From: Abditibacterium sp. | GTDB lineage: Bacteria > Armatimonadota > Abditibacteriia > Abditibacteriales > Abditibacteriaceae | Assembly (NCBI GenBank): GCA_965199495.1 | Contig: CBDASK010000003.1 | Span: 441,212-473,211, forward strand | Direction: 5' to 3' | DNA length: 32,000 nucleotides | Part shown: in pieces, positions 24,798 to 32,000 of the stretch | How positions within the stretch are numbered: the stretch's first letter is position 1 | Layout of the letters: the number at the start of each line of letters is the position of its first letter | The notes under the pieces: generated by a model | Seen by the model: only the letters and a program-made list of their open reading frames with translations | Database searches by the model: none | What the model was told of the DNA's origin: nothing | Position numbers and translations under genes: made by a program

Positions 24798-25141
24798 CTC
24801 CTCGCGTTTGGTAACGCACTGCGAAAAAGTCAGAGTTGGAGTCGAAAGAAGTCGGACAGCACCGCTATCGCCTCATACCCTGCGGACGTATTTTATAGAG
24901 AGAATGAAGGGCTGTCAAGGGAAATTTGAAGGTTATTTTTCAGGTGAACGCGCGGCCAACGGGAGTTGGCGCCCAGACTTGGAACAGCGATGAATTTTAA
25001 CTCGAAATCCACGCCGCGCGAACCTTTGCCGTAACCCTTGTGAAGCAGTAGGGTTTCCCCTCAATTGCTGTTTTTTACGATACCCTGGCATGGTATCCGC
25101 AATTATGCGTATATTACTCCAACCGGAGTAAAGGAAACACC

Positions 25142-25477
25142 ATGCAAACACTTTCTTCCGAGATGCAGACCTGCATCCAAAACTGCCTCGAATGTCATGC
25201 GACCTGCCTCAATATGCTTTCCAATCACTGTTTGGAAGCGGGCGGCAAGCACGTTGAGCCGAAGCACTTCAAGTTGATGATGGATTGCGCGCAAATCTGC
25301 ATCACCAGCGCCGACTTCATGTTGCGCCAATCGGATCATCACCCGCATATCTGCGCCGAGTGCGCCGAAATCTGCACGGCGTGTGCCGATTCGTGCGATG
25401 CCGTTGGCGATATGCAAGCGTGCGCCGACGCCTGTCGTAAGTGCGCCGCGAGTTGTGGCGCGATGGCCAAGAGCTAA
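25142..25477 (+). CDS. Cys-rich four-helix-bundle copper-binding protein (DUF326 / Csp-like)
   Basis: 111 aa with repeated CxxxC spacing on helices: CIQNCLECHATC, DCAQICITSADF, ICAECAEICTACADSC, ACADACRKCAASC. Confidence 0.9.
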   Translation: MQTLSSEMQTCIQNCLECHATCLNMLSNHCLEAGGKHVEPKHFKLMMDCAQICITSADFMLRQSDHHPHICAECAEICTACADSCDAVGDMQACADACRKCAASCGAMAKS

Positions 25478-25495
25478 CGCTCGCCGCCGATCCAA

Positions 25496-25533
25496 TGCGC
25501 CCGAAGCTCGCATCCGACTTCGGGCGCATTTTG
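25496..25533 (+). terminator. Rho-independent terminator or attenuator after the Csp-like gene
   Basis: tgcgcccgaag-ctcgcatccga-cttcgggcgca (11-bp stem) is followed by ttttg. Confidence 0.7.
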
Positions 25534-25559
25534 CCGCCTTCCTCTCGGATGCTCACACC

Positions 25560-27167
25560 ATGTCTCACACACTTCTGAAAAAGTCTTTGATCGCGCCCGC
25601 CTTCGGTCTGGGCGCCGCGCTCGTCCTCTCCGGCGCATCCGCACCCAACGCGGGGGCTGAACCGCGCGACGAAGTTTCGTATATGCGCGGGCCGCAAAAC
25701 GCGGGCGGTCGCGCTTTCTTTCAACGTATGCCGGAATCGGAAAGTTACTCGGCGGGCTTCCACTATCATCACGGCAAAGAACACGATGTGCTGGCCAGGA
25801 CGCCTTACGACGAGATGTCGAAAACCGATCACGACTTCAACGTTTCGGTGACCAACTTCATCTACGAGAAAAAGGCCAAGACCGGGCCTTCGATGGAGCT
25901 TTACGGGCCGTATACCGCGCGGCTGGCGTGGGATTTATTTCGCACCATCGACTGGACTCACGAACATCACGAACAGACCTACGATGTTATGGCCTCCAGG
26001 AGCGTGCCCTACGCTCAGAAAAAGGCGATGACCGATAAAGCCGTGCGCTACTATCTGGAGAAGAACCCCGACGTGGCTCGTTCGATTGCGCCGCTCGACA
26101 TTACCATGCGGCGCGCGGGCGTGATGATGAAGCCGTATTTCACCTTGTATCGCAACTACTCGCCCGAAAGCAATTCGGTGGCGTGGGTGGCGCACTGGTG
26201 GCATCCGGCGATTTACGAGGCGCAGATCATGGGCGGCAACGGCCCGCTTCAAGATCAGATGGTTGATCAGACCAACAAAACGATGTTCAACCAGTTCTTC
26301 GCGGTGCGGCCCGAACGCATGATTTTGTCGCGCGAACTGATGCCGCGCTATTCGCGCATGAGTCCCGAAACCGCCAACATTTTCGACAACCTGCATATGC
26401 TGCACGGCATCACCTACGACATCATGTTGTATAAGGGCTACACGCCGCAGCAAAAGCGCGACGAATTGTATCGCGTCATCAAGGCGATGGGTTATCAGCC
26501 GGGCGACGAGAAGTATGTCCGCAAATTCACCGAGCCGCATCCCGATGTTGACCCGCGCGTTTACGAGCCTTGGATGGGCACTTACGAGGGCGAGATGAGC
26601 CGCATCATGGGCGAAATGCTGGACGAGATGATGCCGATGATGATGCCGGGCATTTCGGACGAGGATAAGGCGCGCGTTATGGAACAGTTCAAGCTCAAGA
26701 ATATGCAGGGCATTCAGTCGGGCGAGAAACCCGGCAGCTTGATGGACGCTTTGAAAGCGGTCTATCCGCAGATGAAGATGAACCCGGAAACTATGAAAGC
26801 CGGAGTCGAGCCGACGATGATGGTGAACATGATGCTCAAGGGCTGGATGGAGAAATACGCCGATATGCCCGACATCCCCGCTTACGACATGAGCGTGGAG
26901 CCAGCCACGGCGCCGGTCTTACCAGTTGAGTATCAGAAGTTGATGGATTCGTGGCCCAAAATTGGTGAACCGCAATACGGTCTGATCGCGCGTCAGGCGA
27001 TGCCGACGGTCGAAAACACAACGCCCGAAGGCGTCGCCGCGCAGTTGGCGATGATCAACGCGCAGAACGGCGCCGCCGTCGCCGATACGCAAGGCAAAAC
27101 CGGCATCGCGCGCCCGCAGTTCGATCCCAAAACCGCGCCGATGATGATGGCCAAAGCCAGCAAATAA
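25560..27167 (+). CDS. Secreted Met-rich protein of unknown function
   Basis: 535 aa from ATG 25560, with signal peptide LIAPAFGLGAALVLSGASAPNAGA. His clusters: FHYHHGKEHD, DWTHEHHEQ. Met tracts: MLDEMMPMMMPG, PTMMVNMMLKGWMEKYADM, APMMMAKASK. No family recognised. Confidence 0.85.
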   Translation: MSHTLLKKSLIAPAFGLGAALVLSGASAPNAGAEPRDEVSYMRGPQNAGGRAFFQRMPESESYSAGFHYHHGKEHDVLARTPYDEMSKTDHDFNVSVTNFIYEKKAKTGPSMELYGPYTARLAWDLFRTIDWTHEHHEQTYDVMASRSVPYAQKKAMTDKAVRYYLEKNPDVARSIAPLDITMRRAGVMMKPYFTLYRNYSPESNSVAWVAHWWHPAIYEAQIMGGNGPLQDQMVDQTNKTMFNQFFAVRPERMILSRELMPRYSRMSPETANIFDNLHMLHGITYDIMLYKGYTPQQKRDELYRVIKAMGYQPGDEKYVRKFTEPHPDVDPRVYEPWMGTYEGEMSRIMGEMLDEMMPMMMPGISDEDKARVMEQFKLKNMQGIQSGEKPGSLMDALKAVYPQMKMNPETMKAGVEPTMMVNMMLKGWMEKYADMPDIPAYDMSVEPATAPVLPVEYQKLMDSWPKIGEPQYGLIARQAMPTVENTTPEGVAAQLAMINAQNGAAVADTQGKTGIARPQFDPKTAPMMMAKASK

Positions 27168-27232
27168 GTCTCGCGTGGGGCGGCTGATGTTCGAGCTAAC
27201 TCAGCCACCGCGCCACGAATCCCCCTTCTAAC

Positions 27233-27988
27233 ATGAACAAATCTCACATTCTCTTCGGCGTGGCTGCATCGGTTGTGCTGGCATCAACGGCGCACGCCGA
27301 CGATCACATTAACCTGGAGCCGGGTCTGCCGCTCGAAGTCGAAGACGCCTACGCGACCGGTTATCTCAACCGCGAGTTTCAATTGTCGGGCCGCTACGAG
27401 CGCACCGCCGAGGGCAAAAACCAATACACCGTTGATCCGCGTTTGGAATACGGTTTCGCGCGCAACTGGCAGGCGCGCATCCGCGTGCCGTTTATCTTGG
27501 GGAGCGGCGATAAGCGCGGTTCGGGCGACATCGGCGCCGAGGTTTTCTATAACTTCAACACCGAGAGTCTGAAACTTCCGGCATTCGCCGCTTCGGTCAA
27601 CTTAACCGCTCCAACGGGCCGCGACTCGTCGGGCATTGACACCGAGTTCAAACTGATCGCCACCAAAAGTCTGGGCTATGCCGAGAAGTTGCAGCGCGTT
27701 CACCTGAATTTGACTTACTTCAACAACGCCAGCGCGCGCGCCGACGAGCGTTCCAACGGTTACGCGGCGGTCGTGGGTTACAGTCAGCGCGTCGGGCCGC
27801 AAACGATTTTCCTCGCCGATTATGTGCGCCAACAGCAGAAGGAACGCAGTGTAACCTACGATCTCCTCGAAGTCGGCCTGCGCTATCAAAAGACGCCACT
27901 GACAACTCTATCCCTCGGTTTGGGCACTGGCGTCAGCAAAGACTCTCCCGATTTTCGCGCGACATTGGGTCTGCAACGCTCGTTCTAA
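27233..27988 (+). CDS. Putative outer-membrane beta-barrel protein
   Basis: A signal peptide (VAASVVLASTAHA) is followed by alternating amphipathic strands. The C-terminus ...TLGLQRSF has the terminal aromatic residue typical of OMPs. Confidence 0.75.
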   Translation: MNKSHILFGVAASVVLASTAHADDHINLEPGLPLEVEDAYATGYLNREFQLSGRYERTAEGKNQYTVDPRLEYGFARNWQARIRVPFILGSGDKRGSGDIGAEVFYNFNTESLKLPAFAASVNLTAPTGRDSSGIDTEFKLIATKSLGYAEKLQRVHLNLTYFNNASARADERSNGYAAVVGYSQRVGPQTIFLADYVRQQQKERSVTYDLLEVGLRYQKTPLTTLSLGLGTGVSKDSPDFRATLGLQRSF

Positions 27989-28055
27989 ATCGAACTCGTG
28001 ACATCAAAAATCTGGCGAATTATTCGCCGGGCTTTGGTGTTTGTGGGATTAGGAG

Positions 28056-28771
28056 TTAGTCGCTCATGCCGAGCAGCAAAAACAGCAGAAAGCCGCCGAA
28101 AAATGCGGCGGTCAGCCAAGGCAATTCGGGTTCTTCGTGGGCTTCGACCAACAACTCTTCGGTGACCAAAAACAAAAGCGCGGCCAGGCCAAACGATAAG
28201 ACCAGTTCGATCCATTCGTCGCTCAGGCTGGAAAGTAGCGTCGCGCCCGCTCCGGCGCCGACCAGAAACAGCAGTGCTAAACCCGAAACGGTGCCGAGAT
28301 TACGTGCGCGGCTCAAGCCCGCCTGTCCCAGCGCCGCCGCCGTTGCCAAGCCCAGTGATAACAGTTCGGTCGCCAGCGCCAGCGTCAGCAAAACGCCCTC
28401 TTTCTGGCCCGCCGCGAAACCGATGCCCAAAAGCAATCCGTCAACGGCGATGTCCACGCCCACGCCAAATAACAGCCCATTTGACGCGCCTCCGTCGTTT
28501 TCTTCGCCGCCCGCTTTGCGCTCGTTCCAAGCGCGCACTCCCAACGGCACAGCCACGCCCAGAGCGAAACCGATGGCGACTTCGAGCGGGCGATGGCGCG
28601 ACACTACATCGGGCAACAGTTCGACGGCCACGACCGAAAACACCACGCCCGCCGCGAAGTGCAGGATCGCGCTGCGCCATTTGGAGTTGGGCGGGCGCCA
28701 GACCGCGACCGCGCCGCCGATGATCATGGTGGTGACCGGCAGTAAAGCGAAAAGAAAAATTTGCCAGAAGT

Positions 28772-28775
<4 letters not shown>
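28056..28775 (-). CDS. Divergent ZIP-like metal transporter
   Basis: About 8 TM segments. IAVDGLLLGIGF and LALATELLSLGLA occupy the positions of the ZIP TM4/TM5 motifs (HxxxDG / HExPxE) but lack the histidines. There is an acidic VTEELLVEAHEEPE. The start ATG at 28775 overlaps the ATPase stop (ATGA). Confidence 0.7.
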
Positions 28776-30970
<2,195 letters not shown>

Positions 30971-30992
30971 GAGAAATTTGAATGTCGAGGGG

Positions 30993-31024
30993 TTGACCCT
31001 CAAGCAACTGGAGGCATTTATAAT
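30993..31024 (+). promoter_or_regulatory. MerR-type promoter/operator: -35 and -10 separated by a 20-bp spacer containing a dyad
   Basis: TTGACC (30993-30998), a 20-nt spacer, then TATAAT (31019-31024). The spacer holds CCTCAAG-caa-CTGGAGG, an imperfect inverted repeat matching 6 of 7. It lies in the 77-nt divergent region between the ATPase and MerR genes. Confidence 0.55.
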
Positions 31025-31047
31025 GCTTTTAGGAGGAAGGTTGAGCT

Positions 31048-31734
31048 ATGCAAATCGGAGAATTGGCCAGGCAAACGGGTAAAAGCGTGGCGGCGCTGCG
31101 CTACTACGAGCAGGTCGGCTTGCTTTTGCCATCGCAGCGCACCGAAGCGGGCTACCGGCGCTATGAGGCCGCAGCGGTGGAGCGCGTGCGCTTTATCGCC
31201 GAGGCCCAGGCGCGCGGCTTTTCGCTGCGGGAAATCAAGGCGCTGTTGTTCCTGAGTGACACAGGGCAGACACCTTGTCCAAGCGTCGCGCGAGCAGCTC
31301 GCAAAAAGGTCGAGCGTCTGGAACGACGCATCGAGCAGTTGCGCGAGCGGCGCGCTTTGCTGTTGGAAGCGGTTCGGCTGTGGGAGGCCGGATTGTTGCC
31401 CACCGCTCCGTTTTGCCCAATGCTCAACGTTCTCCCCAATTCCGATCAAAGGAGGTGTATAAGCATGAAACGATCAATAGAAGTGTTCATCGCGGGCTGC
31501 CCGTTGTGCGACGAGGCCGTAAAGCTGGTCAAGTCAACGGCGTGCCCCAGTTGCGAAGTCAAGGTCTACGACCTACGCGAAGGCTGCGCGACCGATGAGT
31601 GCCGCGAGTTGGCGGCGCGCTACGGCGTCAAAACGGTTCCGAGCGTGGTGGTGGACGGCCAGATGGCTGACTGCTGCCAATCCGGTGGCGTGACCGAGGC
31701 CGGACTGCGCGCGGCGGGCGTCGGTGCCGGATAA
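31048..31734 (+). CDS. MerR-family metal-responsive regulator, read in frame into a thioredoxin-fold domain (228-aa ORF)
   Basis: MQIGELARQTGKSVAALRYYEQVGLLLP...GYRRY...VERVRFIAEAQARGFSLREIKALL is a canonical MerR HTH plus dimerisation helix. Candidate metal-ligand Cys lie in TPCPS and APFCPML. AGGAGG is at 31031-31036. There is no stop codon before the downstream Trx-like part. Confidence 0.85.
   Translation: MQIGELARQTGKSVAALRYYEQVGLLLPSQRTEAGYRRYEAAAVERVRFIAEAQARGFSLREIKALLFLSDTGQTPCPSVARAARKKVERLERRIEQLRERRALLLEAVRLWEAGLLPTAPFCPMLNVLPNSDQRRCISMKRSIEVFIAGCPLCDEAVKLVKSTACPSCEVKVYDLREGCATDECRELAARYGVKTVPSVVVDGQMADCCQSGGVTEAGLRAAGVGAG
31465..31734 (+). CDS. Thioredoxin_3-like small redox protein, possibly an independent cistron inside the MerR ORF
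   Basis: AAAGGAGGTG lies 6-7 nt before ATG 31465. MKRSIEVFIAGCPLCDEAVKLVK...VKTVPSVVVDGQ has a CxxC thioredoxin-fold pattern. It is in the same frame as MerR. Confidence 0.6.
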   Translation: MKRSIEVFIAGCPLCDEAVKLVKSTACPSCEVKVYDLREGCATDECRELAARYGVKTVPSVVVDGQMADCCQSGGVTEAGLRAAGVGAG

Positions 31735-31741
31735 GGCACCG

Positions 31742-31778
31742 CGAAAAGTTGGGATGGGTTGCTCATCCCAACTTTTCG
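31742..31778. terminator. Strong hairpin terminator after the MerR/Trx gene
   Basis: cgaaaagttgggatg-ggttgct-catcccaacttttcg: a perfect 15-bp stem with A and T runs inside the arms. Confidence 0.7.
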
Positions 31779-31836
31779 TGCGCGCAACTCTTGGGCAGCG
31801 TCGCCGTCCATACGGCTCGACGCTTTCCATGCGCGC

Positions 31837-31908
31837 CAGCCGATTGCGGATAAGTTGCTCTTCGGTCGGGCAGTCCATGCCCGCGACATAAAAGGTGGAT
31901 TGTTTCAT
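31837..31908 (-). pseudogene. Truncated 5' fragment of a second CadA/ZntA-type ATPase gene (first 24 codons)
   Basis: It encodes MKQSTFYVAGMDCPTEEQLIRNRL, identical to the start of the ATPase at 30970. Similarity then decays, and the frame runs antisense through the Trx-like gene. Confidence 0.7.
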
Positions 31909-32000
31909 GGGATTTAAAGTGACTTTTAGGTTTGCTCTGACGAGGCGTCGCGCCACGAATCGAAACCCGAATAGAGTGCCACGCCCGCAATAGCCAACGC

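Noticed and set aside
31573-31956. A 127-aa minus-strand ORF beginning upstream of the HMA-like MKQSTFYVAGMDCPTEE sequence.
   Set aside because: Only the 24 residues from MKQSTFY (ATG 31908) are ATPase-like. The remainder runs through a terminator hairpin and antisense to the Trx-like gene. It is treated as a truncated pseudogene fragment, not an intact HMA protein.

Overview
Bacterial DNA in two compositionally distinct halves; taxon not assignable by eye. No rRNA, tRNA, CRISPR array, integrase or transposase was recognised.

LEFT, 1 to about 11.0 kb (about 50% GC in sampled lines): an accessory, mobile-element-like segment.
- A minus-strand cluster encodes a 4-TM protein, a ComEC-like MBL-fold hydrolase, and one 758-aa polypeptide fusing E2-like, ThiF/E1 and JAB/JAMM domains. 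It has no CD-NTase and no clear ubiquitin-like gene. This is my best candidate for an uncharacterised defence-type system.
- A translationally coupled HTH / TM-anchored Mrr-like nuclease / YdjM-like hydrolase cassette.
- Two winged-helix replication-type proteins.
- A stand-alone pentapeptide-repeat-TIR fusion.
- A SWIM-finger protein.

RIGHT, about 11.1 to 32 kb (low 60s % GC in sampled lines): a dense metal-resistance island.
- A roughly 11.9-kb minus-strand gene string: His/Cys-rich protein, TolC-like OMF, an 899-aa adaptor, Met/His-rich lipoprotein, small protein, cupredoxin, CusA/CzcA RND pump, lipoprotein, HAD hydrolase.
- DUF305, a small multicopper oxidase, a Cys-rich four-helix-bundle Cu protein, a Met-rich secreted protein and an OM barrel.
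- A divergent ZIP-like transporter coupled to a Zn/Cd/Pb-type P1B ATPase.
- A MerR regulator fused in frame to a thioredoxin-fold protein.
- A truncated second copy of the ATPase 5' end.

All calls rest on motif reading of the supplied translations and the raw sequence; no searches were run.
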